Part shown: positions 1 to 10,447 of the stretch, piece after piece
How the letters are laid out: the number at the start of each line of letters is the position of its first letter
Position numbering within the stretch: position 1 is the first letter of the stretch
NCBI GenBank assembly: GCA_963664325.2
Contig: CAXXDQ010000003.1
Location: 416,001-480,000, forward strand
Origin: Desulfomonilia bacterium
Lineage (GTDB): Bacteria > Desulfobacterota > Desulfomonilia > UBA1062
Length of the DNA: 64,000 nt
Direction of reading: 5' to 3'
The notes under the pieces: model-generated
Seen by the model: only the letters and a program-made list of their open reading frames with translations
What the model was told of the DNA's origin: nothing
The model's database searches: none
Made by a program: the position numbers and the translations under genes

Positions 1-2286
1 TCTATTGCCGCAACCGAGCGGAGGACTCCGGTGACACCGTTTTTATCCACATTGTACGGACCACAGCTCGGCGCATAGGGCTTGCCTGCTTTTCTGCCGT
101 CAGGAGTGGCGACAGCAATCCGCCCGTCATAGGTGTGAGATGTCATGCTGTTTATATACGGTGCATAAAAACCTTTGTTAAAGGTCTTGTATTTGTAGGT
201 CTCGTCGAAAATTCCCTTTGTTATCCGGGAAGCGATTTCATCGGATTCGGAATTTCCGTTGCCCCACTTTCCTTCAACGTTTTCAATGAGGCTTAATATG
301 CGGTCATGTCCCTCGAAATTATTATCAATCGCTTGAATCAACTCGGCGAATGTAAACAGCCTCTTATCGAATATAAGCTTCTTTATTATGTATAAAGAAT
401 CAACAACATTGGCGATGCTGTTGAGCATGAGTATGCCTTCGAGCGTATATATGCCTCCGCCGTGAACGACGTCTCTTTTATTTTCAAAACATCCCTGAAT
501 GAATGCCGAGATGTGTGGTGCAGGAAATTTCTCGGCAAAACATTTGTCGCGTATGTGTGTCGCATCGACGACAATCTTCATCTGGAATGAGGCCTGTTTG
601 ATGAAAGCATCCACTAGTTCATTAAATGATTTAAACGTGTCCGGATCGCCGGTTTTGACCCCGACATTGCTCAGTGTCCCTATGAGGGTCTGCGAATTGC
701 CGTTCCTGAGCGTCATGTCCAGGATACGACACAATGGCATTGCCGAAAATCCTTCATGTCCGGTTTTTCCTTCGGATATCATGTCGACGCATCCCGTTAG
801 GCAAAATGCATTTGCGTCCTGCCTTGAAAAGCCGCGTTTGGTGAGAGCCCGGATGCTTACATCATCGTTTATTACGGCCACACTCGAAACGCCGTGATAG
901 TGCAGATCGGCAACGGCCTTATAAAGCATTTCCGGCGAGTTCATATGAAGACGGACAAAAAAATTCATAGTGGTTTTCGAACAGGCTGCAGCCTCGAGCA
1001 TGAGAAAGGAGAGTTCATTCGTAGCGTCTTTTCCGTCTTCGGTCAAGCCACCCATAGTAACGGGCATCGATCCTTCATACCGTTGCACATATGCACTTGT
1101 ATAGCCCGAAAACGGGCGTATGTTGTGGGTTATTATCTTTAGAAAAAGTTCTTCCAGCAGTTCTTTGGCTTCCTCCCTGCTGATAAGGCCGTTTTTCATA
1201 TCGCTTTCATAATACGGGAAAAAACAGCTGATCCAGTCTGCCCGGGCCGTGAGCGTTCAAGGGAACGGCAAGTTCGACTGCGGTTTTTACCGTCCAAAAC
1301 GACTGAACCGCCTCAGCAAAGGTTGTCGCCGGGTGCAGGGGTACTCTTGAACAGCGCTCGTAGATCTCAGACAGTGTTTTCCTGCGTTCGGGATCGGTTT
1401 CCTTATCGGCCTCTGACTTGACTTTTTCGGCGAGCCTTCTGGCATAGATTATAACGCCATCGAGTGCAATGCCGGCCGACTTCAGGAAATCCCTTTCTTC
1501 CTCGCTCATCTCTTTGCCGTTAGACAGCTCCGAGGATATTCTTTCCTTCATTTTCAGAAGGCCGTCCCTGATAGGTGTTTTATGGTCAAGTATCAGATGT
1601 CCCTGCCATGTACACGTAACTGCCCCGGGAGATAGGAATGTCCAGTAGCTGGCAGTATCTCTCGGAAGGGCCGCCACGAAGTCCTTCATGTCTCCTTTGT
1701 AGATATCCGAGTTTTTCAGTTCTTTATGAAAAATTTCTGCGAGCGTCTTGCCTTCCCAGTACGGCAAAAGGTCATTCTGCAGGAATTTCTTGTCGCCAAT
1801 GCCGATTCTGTATGGATTCACCTTTCTCTCAGACATTGTTTTTGTCCCTATGCCGGGCATATCCGCTCCGATTCTTTTCAGCTTTCTGGCGCTGTTGTAG
1901 AGCTTGAAAACACCGTATTTCTTGATAAGATATTTGTAGAAATTCAGGTTTGTCTTTACCTGATGCAGAATAACAGACTGTTTATCAAGTTCTATCTTGA
2001 GAACATCATTGAAAATACCTTTTTCGATGTCGATAGGAACGCCCAGAAAATTCTCTGTCCATGTACCGACAATCCTGTCGTCTGGATCAATATTCAGGTT
2101 CATGTTTTCATATACGTTTTTAAGTGAAAGGGCGACTCTTATTCCAAGCGGAAGATTGCCGGTCTCTGTCTTTTTCCATTTTTCCGTATAATATTTTGCA
2201 CGTTCTATTGATATGACAGGGACTTCTTCATGATACCTTCTGCGAATTCTTTGAATCCTTTCAGATGCCATGTATTGCCGTTCCAT
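1..2286 (-). pseudogene. Glycyl radical enzyme, PFL-like family (runs off the window; single-base frameshift near 1216-1224, real or sequencing error)
   Basis: ORF 1207..2292 has PFL-family N-terminal motifs (IDPDDRIVG, TWQGHLILD, VPLHPATTFAEAVQSFW, GRLDQ). Deleting one T from TTTTTTCCC gives RLDQLFFPYYESDMKNGLISREEAKELL...VTMGGLTEDGKDATNELS...LTGCVDM...GDPDTFKSFNELV...ANVVDSLYIIKKLIFD. ATG at 2286 follows a GGGAGG RBS. Confidence 0.88.
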
Positions 2287-2326
2287 AACCAACCTCCCTT
2301 TTAAGGTAATCAGGCAGACGTTTCTC

Positions 2327-2441
2327 CATACAAATTGTATGTATGAGGAAATCGTAGAAGGTTGTCAAGTGAATAATATTCAACAATAAATGATTAATGT
2401 TAAAAAGCCATAAAAAGGCATTAAAAGCCATTAAAATGGCA
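2327..2441 (-). promoter_or_regulatory. GRE upstream control region: palindromes CATACAA-A-TTGTATG (2327-2341) and TGAATA-A-TATTCA (2370-2382), TTGACA (2363-2368, minus strand), four 10-bp A-tract repeats (2401-2441)
   Basis: Read directly from the sequence; an operator role is inferred from the adjacent TetR. Confidence 0.5.
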
Positions 2442-2596
2442 TATTTATAAATATGAACTAATGGTATGAAATACAATAAAATAATCATATTCAATTAAAA
2501 ATGTAAATGCTGCTCGTTGCCGGTGTTATGAAAAAGAGGGAAACTGGGTGATGGTTGCAGAGAAAAATTGAAACCGGTTGGGAATGTGAAGGTGTT

Positions 2597-3238
2597 CTAC
2601 GGTCTGTTTTTAAGAATTCCGAAGAAGGTCATTTCAAGAGACTGTTTGATAAGTTCTTCGAGCTTGATATGAATAACTGTCCCGATATTGTTTCTTTCTG
2701 CAAGGAGGATAAGTCCGTCCATCAACCCCCAGAATATATTCGTGGCTTTCCATGTATCAAGAGGGAGGAACTCCCCTGAATCGATCCCATGCTTTATTAT
2801 ATCTTCGATTAATTTCAGAAGTTTCAATGTCTTTACCCTGATGATTTCGCTTAACTCGGAATCGGTTTCCTTGAGTTCCTTTGGTGTTGCGCTTAGTACG
2901 GAAAGGATGTCGAAATATTCTCTGTATTCAGTGTAATATCGGAGATATGTCATAGCCAGAGAGGATAGCTTTGCAGTACAGTTCATGGCAGGCCAGGAAA
3001 GGGTTTTTTCGATCATACCTGTTAAGAGGTCGAGACCCTCTTCCTGAAGGGTCTTATATATTTCAATCTTGTTTTTGTAATAGACATAGAAGGAACCGGT
3101 GCTCAAGCCGGCCTTCTGAGTGATCATGTTGATGGTCGTGCCGTAATAGCCTGTTGCGAAAAACAATTCTTTAGCTGACTTGAGCAGCATTAGTCTGCGC
3201 TTCTGCTTGTCCTCGACTGTTCTGGCGCGAATATTCAT
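2597..3238 (-). CDS. TetR/AcrR family transcriptional regulator
   Basis: HTH AKELFFATGYYGTTINMITQKAGLSTGSFYVYYKNK. Confidence 0.93.
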   Translation of the reverse strand: MNIRARTVEDKQKRRLMLLKSAKELFFATGYYGTTINMITQKAGLSTGSFYVYYKNKIEIYKTLQEEGLDLLTGMIEKTLSWPAMNCTAKLSSLAMTYLRYYTEYREYFDILSVLSATPKELKETDSELSEIIRVKTLKLLKLIEDIIKHGIDSGEFLPLDTWKATNIFWGLMDGLILLAERNNIGTVIHIKLEELIKQSLEMTFFGILKNRP

Positions 3239-3338
3239 TGAAAGTCTTGTGTTATCCAGTGTTACAACCTAAGTCAAGTCCTGTTTGAGGCATCAAGCTG
3301 CCGGTTTTTGCGGGGATATGCTTTATAAGTGTTGCGAT

Positions 3339-4961
3339 TCATTTGAAAGTAGGTTTTGTTTTCTCCCAGAACATCCTTTCTTCTGTTCCCGGATCGTCAA
3401 CAACCATGCACTTTTCGTTAAAGATCATGGTAGCCCTTGTCTTGGTATCGTATCTGGGCCACTCCGGTATGCCCTTGTGATTGGGATTACCGGTTTTGGC
3501 AAATGCCAGCCATGCATCCATCATATTTTCGGTGAGGGAAACAGGCGGGTTGTCACCCACTTCGGCGTCCTTGTTGTCCAGGACGAAACGAAGCTCTAGA
3601 GCATGACGCGAACCGTAGACGCCTTTATCAATAGGCGAATCCCATGTGAACAGATACATCCAGGTATTGCCGAAACCGGCCTGGGCCTCAGCCAGATGGA
3701 TCTGCGGCATGCGGAAGAAAAAGTCAGTGGCTATAGCAAGTCCGATATCCCCTGTCTTGGCATTAGGCATTCTCTTTCTGTAAAAGTCGATCACGTTGGT
3801 TTTTGTTGGTGAATCCCAGCCTTTCGTATCCGGTGTAAAAGTCAGCAAGACGGAAGCTGGGATATAAGGCAGCAGGGGCTCGTATTTTATCCAGAACCTG
3901 GCCTCGTCCTCGGTTGTTCCCGTAAGAAGGGAGACATTTTTTGCCGAGCCTTCGTAAACGGCCTTGATCGGGTCGACTGGCACTACCCTGCCGTCGCGGA
4001 CCGGTCCGAACAGGCGGTCGGTTGCAAGGCCCGCTTCCTTGAGAAGCTTCTGCTGGGCAACGAAGAAATCCTTCACAGGAAGCGCCTTCAGGCCTTTAAT
4101 GTCCGATACGCCTGCAAGTTCCATAAACCGTCTGGTTACGTCCTGTGCGTATTCTTTTGATCTCGTAATCCTTATGGCCCCGCTCTGCGGAATGGCTTTT
4201 GTGAAAAGGCCCTGCGCCTGGCTGACAGAGAGAAGTGTCGAAACGCTTCCTGCTCCTGCAGATTCACCGAATATTGTCACATTATCCGGATCGCCGCCAA
4301 AGGCCGCAATATTGTCATGGACCCATTTAAGCGCCGTTATCTGGTCCAGCACAGCGAGGTTTCCGCTGTCTGCATATGCCTCTCCGCCGACCAACGAAAG
4401 GTCGAGATATCCCATAGCGCCCATGCGGTAGTTGAAATTCACTGCAACGATCTTTCCCTTCCTGGCGATGTTGCCACAATCATACAGGGGGTCCATGCCC
4501 GAGCCCCAGAGATAGCCGCCGCCGTGGATGTACACCATTACGGGGCGTTTGGCGTTATCAAGTGCGGGGGTCCATATGTTGAGCGTGAGACAGTCCTCAT
4601 CCTGAAGATATAGCGATGACGGCTCGGTTTTGTCAAAGGATTGGGGGAAGACGGGCCCGAACGTGTGCGCCTTCAGGATACCCTTCCAGGGCTTGACAGG
4701 CTGAAGCTTTTCAAACCTGAGTTCTCCGACCGGAGGCTCGGCATAGGGTATTCCCAGAAAGCTCAGAAACCCGTCAGGTTCCACCCTGCCTGCAATGCGT
4801 CCCTTGTCTGTTACGGCAACAACCTGGTTTATTATGCGTCCCTTGGCCAGATCCGGGATATTCACAGGGATGGCCTTGTTGTGAGAGCATCCTGCCGGAG
4901 CAAGAAATATGAACAATGTTACAAGAACAGTTGTAGTCGTCCTGAAGATTATTCGCTGCAT
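3339..4961 (-). CDS. Type-B carboxylesterase/lipase (PnbA-like), predicted lipoprotein
   Basis: FLGIPYAEPPVGELRF, EDCLTLNIW, HGGG oxyanion motif, GESAG nucleophile; lipobox-like PAGC after a hydrophobic stretch. Confidence 0.93.
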   Translation of the reverse strand: MQRIIFRTTTTVLVTLFIFLAPAGCSHNKAIPVNIPDLAKGRIINQVVAVTDKGRIAGRVEPDGFLSFLGIPYAEPPVGELRFEKLQPVKPWKGILKAHTFGPVFPQSFDKTEPSSLYLQDEDCLTLNIWTPALDNAKRPVMVYIHGGGYLWGSGMDPLYDCGNIARKGKIVAVNFNYRMGAMGYLDLSLVGGEAYADSGNLAVLDQITALKWVHDNIAAFGGDPDNVTIFGESAGAGSVSTLLSVSQAQGLFTKAIPQSGAIRITRSKEYAQDVTRRFMELAGVSDIKGLKALPVKDFFVAQQKLLKEAGLATDRLFGPVRDGRVVPVDPIKAVYEGSAKNVSLLTGTTEDEARFWIKYEPLLPYIPASVLLTFTPDTKGWDSPTKTNVIDFYRKRMPNAKTGDIGLAIATDFFFRMPQIHLAEAQAGFGNTWMYLFTWDSPIDKGVYGSRHALELRFVLDNKDAEVGDNPPVSLTENMMDAWLAFAKTGNPNHKGIPEWPRYDTKTRATMIFNEKCMVVDDPGTEERMFWEKTKPTFK

Positions 4962-5068
4962 GTTATTCTCCTCGAAATTAAGTGTTGTATAATAAAAATT
5001 ATATTTTTCTAATCATGTTTAAACTAAAAAAGGCGTGCTTGCAATATACTCGAATTAATATGCCAAAT

Positions 5069-5728
5069 TTAAAAGGTGTTTTCGGCTATTCCATTGAAGG
5101 TCATATCGAGTGCCTCGTTAATCAAGGCCTCAAGTCCGCAGCCGATTACGTTTTCCAGATTATGCCGTTCGGCAAGCAATATCAACCCGTCCATCATGCC
5201 CCAGTAGACATTTGCAATCTTCCATGCATCAACTGCTTTTATTTCCTTTTCCTCGATGCCCTTTGCAATAACCGCCTGTATGGTTCTCATAAGGTTGAAT
5301 GTCTCTTCATTGACGATATGGCTTATTTCCGATTCGGTTTCCTTGAGCTCGGCAGGGGTGGCGCTGAGGACGGCTATGATTTCAAAAAACTCGTGGTGCT
5401 CGCGATAAAACCTGTAATAAGTTAAAGCGAGGTCAACGAGCCTGGACAGAGCATTCTTATATGGTTTTGAAAGGGTGTCCTCCATCATCTCCGAGAGTAT
5501 GCCCAGGCCCTTGAGCTGGAGCGCTTTGTATATGTCTATCTTGCTCCTGTAATAAAGGTAGAATGTCCCTGTGCTGACGCCTGCATTTTTTGTTATATCG
5601 ACGATGGTTGTACCATAGTATCCGCGTGTTATGAAAAGCCCGGTAGCCGATTCCAGGATTTTCTCCCTCATCAGCCCCTTTTCTTTTTCCGTCCTTGAAC
5701 GGCGTCTTGCAGGTGCATTTCCGCTCAT
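5069..5728 (-). CDS. TetR/AcrR family transcriptional regulator (paralog of 2597..3238)
   Basis: HTH GYYGTTIVDITKNAGVSTGTFYLYYRSK; shares VLSATPxELKET and WGxMDGLILLAER with the first TetR. Confidence 0.93.
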   Translation of the reverse strand: MSGNAPARRRSRTEKEKGLMREKILESATGLFITRGYYGTTIVDITKNAGVSTGTFYLYYRSKIDIYKALQLKGLGILSEMMEDTLSKPYKNALSRLVDLALTYYRFYREHHEFFEIIAVLSATPAELKETESEISHIVNEETFNLMRTIQAVIAKGIEEKEIKAVDAWKIANVYWGMMDGLILLAERHNLENVIGCGLEALINEALDMTFNGIAENTF

Positions 5729-5880
5729 TTTTATTCTCCCCGGGTTTAATAGTGCTCTGATATCTATACCAATACAAACAGGCCGGGCAAATATAATAAG
5801 AAATCAGGCAGGAATTTGTTCCTGATCATGCCGCTTGCCTCGATATAAAAACCTGCGCAGATAAGGCATCAATGCAATTA

Positions 5881-5910
5881 AAACAAAAGGCGTACTTTGC
5901 AGTACGCCTT
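5881..5910 (-). terminator. Rho-independent terminator of the dehydratase-ligase operon
   Basis: Minus strand AAGGCGTACT-GCAA-AGTACGCCTT followed by TTGTTTT. Confidence 0.75.
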
Positions 5911-5961
5911 GGTGATAAGATAAAGAATGACGCTTGAATCTAAAGCAACAGGGTCCTGCAA

Positions 5962-7686
5962 TCAGTCCCCGGCATACTTTCCTTCCGCCCTGAGCTTTGC
6001 CTTTTCCTCTTCCTCCAGGGTGTTGAACGCTATCTTTCCGACAAGCGTTTTGGGCAGGTCATCCCTGAACTCGATTTCCCTCGGGCAGCTCCAGAGAAGC
6101 AGGTGCTCGCGGCAGTGTGCAATAAGCGCCTTTTCAGTATCGGGGCCAGCTTTCGACTTGTCTTTCAATACGATAAACGCCTTGACCCTGGAGATCTGCG
6201 CCTTGTCGGGCACGCCGATAACGCAGGCCATGTCGACATCCGGGTGTGTTCTCAGGACTTCCTCCACCTGGGCCGGATAGACATTCATGCCCGAGGATTT
6301 TATCATGCGCTTCAGCCTGAGCTTGAAATATGTAAAACCGTCATTGTCCATTGTTGCTATGTCGCCGGTGTGCAGCCATGTTTTTCCATCCGCATGTTTC
6401 TTGAGAACAGCGGCGGACTCTTCCGGCTGGTCGAGGTATCCCAGCATCACTGCAGGGCCCGAGATGCAGATCTCACCTTCCTCTCCCGCTGGCGCCTCTT
6501 CAGTTGTGCCTATCTTTACGATTTTTGCAAGCATGTCGGGGAAGGGTACGCCGACACTCCCTTCACGGTATTCATCCATAGGCATGGCCATGATTGCTGT
6601 AACCGCTTCGGTGAGTCCATAGCCTTCAAGCAGTTTGACCTTGCCGCCCTGCCTTGCAACGACCCGCTCGAATTCCTCCTTTACCACACGCGGCAATGTG
6701 TCGGCACCGCTGAAGCAGCCTTTCATGCATGACAGGTCTGCCTTGTTGAACTGCTCGTTTCTTGTAAGGGCATCGAACAGTGTGGGCACCCCTACAACGA
6801 AGCTCGGCCTTTTCTTTGCTATCAGGTCAGCAACAATCTCAGGTGTGAACTGGGGCACCAGGATACTCTGCCCTCCGCCCATGAATGCCGCATTCACACA
6901 GACTCCCAGCCCGAAACCATGGAATATCGGCAGGATTGCAAGGAGTTTGTCCTTTTCATCCATTTTCCCCCAGTGAGCCACCTGCATGCCTTCACTGATG
7001 AAATTCATGTGCGAAAGCATAATGCCTTTGGGTACGCCCGTTGTCCCGCCCGAGTACATGATTACAGCCATTTCATCCGGATCAACTTTGGCGGTCTCAA
7101 CTCTGGGATAACCTGCGTTCATCATCTCTTTCCACCAGACGACCTCTTTGTCGGCCGGGACTTTCGGGATCTTTCTTCCCTTCGTGAGGTTGAATCCGAT
7201 TTTTTTAACAAGCGGCAGGTAATCGGGAATTCTTGCAAGGATGAGTGTCTTGCATTGAGTCTTTTCCATACCCTGTTTGAAGTTTTTGTAAAATGCATCA
7301 ATGGTGAGAGCGAATGTGCTCTTGCTGACATTCAGGTAAAATTCTATTTCTTTCGGCGGTGAGAGCGGGTGAATCATGCTTGCGATTGCGCCGAGCTTTA
7401 TGATCGCATAAAAACATATAATGCCCTGCGGAGTTGTCGGCATGGATATGGTCATACGGTCGCCCTTTTTCAAACCCAATGCCGCCAGTGCGTTTGCGCA
7501 CCTGTCAATCTCCCCGGCGAACTCCTTGTATGTGCCGGTATAGCCCATGAAGTCCCAGGCGATCTTGTCGGGGAAGCGCCCGACAGTCTTCATCAGCGCC
7601 TCATAAAGGCTTACCCTCGGGTAATCGATGGCCGGCGGGACATTGCCGTAAAACTTCAACCAGGGTTTTGTATCTGATAAGCCCAT
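5962..7686 (-). CDS. Long-chain fatty acid--CoA ligase (AMP-binding)
   Basis: YSGGTTGVPKG, EGYGLTE, WLHTGD, LPKTLVGKI. Confidence 0.93.
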   Translation of the reverse strand: MGLSDTKPWLKFYGNVPPAIDYPRVSLYEALMKTVGRFPDKIAWDFMGYTGTYKEFAGEIDRCANALAALGLKKGDRMTISMPTTPQGIICFYAIIKLGAIASMIHPLSPPKEIEFYLNVSKSTFALTIDAFYKNFKQGMEKTQCKTLILARIPDYLPLVKKIGFNLTKGRKIPKVPADKEVVWWKEMMNAGYPRVETAKVDPDEMAVIMYSGGTTGVPKGIMLSHMNFISEGMQVAHWGKMDEKDKLLAILPIFHGFGLGVCVNAAFMGGGQSILVPQFTPEIVADLIAKKRPSFVVGVPTLFDALTRNEQFNKADLSCMKGCFSGADTLPRVVKEEFERVVARQGGKVKLLEGYGLTEAVTAIMAMPMDEYREGSVGVPFPDMLAKIVKIGTTEEAPAGEEGEICISGPAVMLGYLDQPEESAAVLKKHADGKTWLHTGDIATMDNDGFTYFKLRLKRMIKSSGMNVYPAQVEEVLRTHPDVDMACVIGVPDKAQISRVKAFIVLKDKSKAGPDTEKALIAHCREHLLLWSCPREIEFRDDLPKTLVGKIAFNTLEEEEKAKLRAEGKYAGD

Positions 7687-7697
7687 AAGTCCTCCTC

Positions 7698-8933
7698 TTA
7701 TCCTTTGTGCTGCCTTATAAGTTCCATGAAGGCGTCTATTCTCGTATCTATCTGGCTTTCGGAAAAACTTCTCTCATCGACCATGTCGGCCTCCAGCATG
7801 ACACTCGGGATCCCTGTGGCTTTCTGCATCATGCGCTGAATGTCGTACTGGCCGAGAGAATACGGTTTGCAGCTCCGGTTGGAGTGCATGACTATACCGT
7901 CAACATCATATTTCTTGACCATATCCTTTACGGTATCAACCATCTGGTCCACCCCGATATTCAGGTAGATCATGGTGTAGCTGTCAACCATCGACTTTAC
8001 GAAGTCGTTTTTGTCCACATAATCGAGCTGTCTGCACCATGCCGATGTGTAGGTGTCTGCAACAAGGCAGGCGCCATGTGAGGCGAATTTGTCAGAGAGC
8101 CATTTGGTCCTGTACCAGATGGGCAGGTTGTCCCACAGGAGCCTGTACTTCTCGTTGGGGATCGATCCGATCTTGTCCGCGGCACGCTGGCGCATTTCCT
8201 CGATCAGTTCCGTATAGTAATCGACCACGGTTTTGGTGCCCCTGAGCGTCACGATGAGCGCGAGGTGGAAGAACGCGTCGAACGCAGACAATGGGGCTGG
8301 CCTGCTGCGCGCCGTCTCGAGGACCTCCCTCCACAGCTTCTGGCCCTGATAGGAATACTCCATGACCTCTTCGGCCTTGTCCAGATTGAATTTTTTTCCG
8401 CATACCCTTTCAAGGAAGTCCATGTACTCCGTGACCTGCTTTTCAACGTAACGCCTTGCCTCCGGGCTGAACTCGGTGTGGCAGAACGGGGTGTCAAAGA
8501 CGAATAGCGGCACATTGTAATACCGCGCCTGCACCTCGTACCACTTAAGCACGGTCCCGCAGATATTGTTGCAGCATACGAGGAAGTCGGGTGCCGGGAG
8601 CCCGCCGATAGGACCGCCGTTCACGGTCGAACATGCTATGTCCGCCCTTGCATAGGAGCACAGGTCACGGCTGTAGCCCATATTTTCCGCTGTTTCGCAA
8701 AGCCCTACGCCCATCTTTGACGCGCCTATCATGGCCCCGTGGTTTTCCGGGTAGACCGGGATGACGTCCATTACCTGCAGCGGCTCGACAGGCCCGCCGC
8801 TCGTTATCCAGGCGACCTTCTTGTTGTTGTCCCGTGCTGTCTTGGCGTCAATATAATACGCGGTCATGATGTCCCGCATCTTCTTTATCGCTTTTACCTT
8901 TGGTACGGCGTCTTTCTTTATTTCTTCCGACAT
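7698..8933 (-). CDS. 2-hydroxyacyl-CoA dehydratase subunit (HgdA/FldB/BcrB-like)
   Basis: PVYPENHGA, GYSRDLCSY, CNNIC, HSNRSCK, C-terminal TRIDAFME. Confidence 0.88.
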   Translation of the reverse strand: MSEEIKKDAVPKVKAIKKMRDIMTAYYIDAKTARDNNKKVAWITSGGPVEPLQVMDVIPVYPENHGAMIGASKMGVGLCETAENMGYSRDLCSYARADIACSTVNGGPIGGLPAPDFLVCCNNICGTVLKWYEVQARYYNVPLFVFDTPFCHTEFSPEARRYVEKQVTEYMDFLERVCGKKFNLDKAEEVMEYSYQGQKLWREVLETARSRPAPLSAFDAFFHLALIVTLRGTKTVVDYYTELIEEMRQRAADKIGSIPNEKYRLLWDNLPIWYRTKWLSDKFASHGACLVADTYTSAWCRQLDYVDKNDFVKSMVDSYTMIYLNIGVDQMVDTVKDMVKKYDVDGIVMHSNRSCKPYSLGQYDIQRMMQKATGIPSVMLEADMVDERSFSESQIDTRIDAFMELIRQHKG

Positions 8934-8956
8934 TGTTCTCTCCTTGCCCTGGGCGG

Positions 8957-10072
8957 TTAAAGCATCTCGATGAATGCTTCGAAACGTGTCGCAAGCTGTC
9001 CCGCAGAAGGAAGCTCCTGTTCGACTTCAAGCAGCATTGAAGGGATGCCCGCATCGTCCAGCATCTTCTTCATGAACGGGTAGTCAAAGGCATGCGGGTC
9101 GCAGAACTTGAGCAGAATGAATATCACGCCGCCGGCCTTGTGCTCTTTCGCTATGCTCACAAGATTGTCACCCCTGCCGGTCAGAGACGAATGCTTTGCA
9201 GGGCAGATCACCCGGCCTGAATATCTTGCGGCTATGGCCTTTACAGGGTCGCCGTCTTCGGAAATAAGGCCTTCAAAGAAGCGCGAACCGGTGCAGAGAT
9301 CGTCCCAGATTACTGTGGCGCCTGATTTTTCGATCATGTCATATACCTCGGGATGGTCGCAGATGCCGCCTGATACGACAAGGCGCTTTTTCGCCCCCTT
9401 GGCAGCCGGGGCCGATTCGAGCTGGATCACGAGCTTTTCAATAAGGTCGGCCGCTTCCTTTCTGTCCATGACCATCGAACCCTTGACTACCGCATACATG
9501 TCCCGGCCGCTTATCGCCTGAGGATTTGCGCTCTTGATTGCATAGAGCCTTTTCAAAAGCGATCTCAGGCGGTTGTAAACAACAATGCTCTGTCTGAGTG
9601 CGTCATCAGTGATCTCGGCACCCGTCCATGCCCCGAGCTCTTTCCTGAACTTGGCCAGTGCGTCTTCCATATATTCCCGTGCGCTCTGCGTGTCGAGCTT
9701 GACGGGAAGCACTATGTCATTGTGCCAGGTGGATGCGATATTCAGACGCCATATGTCGGACAGGCGCTGAATGGAGTCGCAGGTGTGCGGGAAAACCATG
9801 CCGTCAAGGAAATCGAGGTTGCCGAGAAGGGCGTCCTCCATGATTCCCCGTACCAGGGAACAGCTGTATGCCTGCAGATGGGCATCAGCCTTTGCAATGC
9901 CGGATTTTATTCCAAAGAGCCTTACCGGTATCGCACCTGCTGCATATATGATTTCCTCCGGTGTGTAGGTGCAGCAGTAGCCTATCAACTTTTTTTTCGT
10001 TTTCAGTTTGTTTCCCCTGGCGTATGAAACGGGATCCTGCGCCGCCCTCATGAATTCATTTAAAATTTCCAT
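8957..10072 (-). CDS. 2-hydroxyacyl-CoA dehydratase subunit (HgdB/FldC/BcrC-like)
   Basis: GYCCTYTPEEIIYAAG, HTCDSIQR, DDLCTGSRF, KFCDPH, TRFEAFIEML. Confidence 0.88.
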   Translation of the reverse strand: MEILNEFMRAAQDPVSYARGNKLKTKKKLIGYCCTYTPEEIIYAAGAIPVRLFGIKSGIAKADAHLQAYSCSLVRGIMEDALLGNLDFLDGMVFPHTCDSIQRLSDIWRLNIASTWHNDIVLPVKLDTQSAREYMEDALAKFRKELGAWTGAEITDDALRQSIVVYNRLRSLLKRLYAIKSANPQAISGRDMYAVVKGSMVMDRKEAADLIEKLVIQLESAPAAKGAKKRLVVSGGICDHPEVYDMIEKSGATVIWDDLCTGSRFFEGLISEDGDPVKAIAARYSGRVICPAKHSSLTGRGDNLVSIAKEHKAGGVIFILLKFCDPHAFDYPFMKKMLDDAGIPSMLLEVEQELPSAGQLATRFEAFIEML

Positions 10073-10120
10073 AAACCACCTTTCTCGCTTATATTATGCA
10101 GTTAATGTCTGCAATTGAAC

Positions 10121-10149
10121 ATTGTATTAAAATGAACCTGAACTGTCAA
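10121..10149 (-). promoter_or_regulatory. Sigma70 promoter for the dehydratase-ligase operon
   Basis: Minus strand TTGACA-17 bp-TACAAT, overlapped by GTTCA repeats. Confidence 0.75.
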
Positions 10150-10447
10150 CGCAAAGCGCCAATAAACAGTAACTTTCTTGCGATATCAGCAACAGACAGC
10201 TTTTCTACAAAGGCTTGATGAACCGGCAGTTGATTGTCTGACTCATCTGCTTGTAATTTGCATTCAAGATGATACCAGGACGACAAGAAATGGACAATCT
10301 TCATCAGTTAATTAATCTACAGAGTTATCAAGTTATCAGGACTCCTCGATTACCCTGATATTTAAGGAATTCCTTATTCCGGCCGATATATCTATTGATA
10401 AAGATTGCATCAGAATGCTGCCACTTTAACCAATATAAGGAGCAATT

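Noticed and set aside
5729-5880. Possible riboswitch or sRNA hairpins upstream of the second TetR
   Set aside because: Only weak stems and no recognisable aptamer consensus; an Rfam search would be needed.
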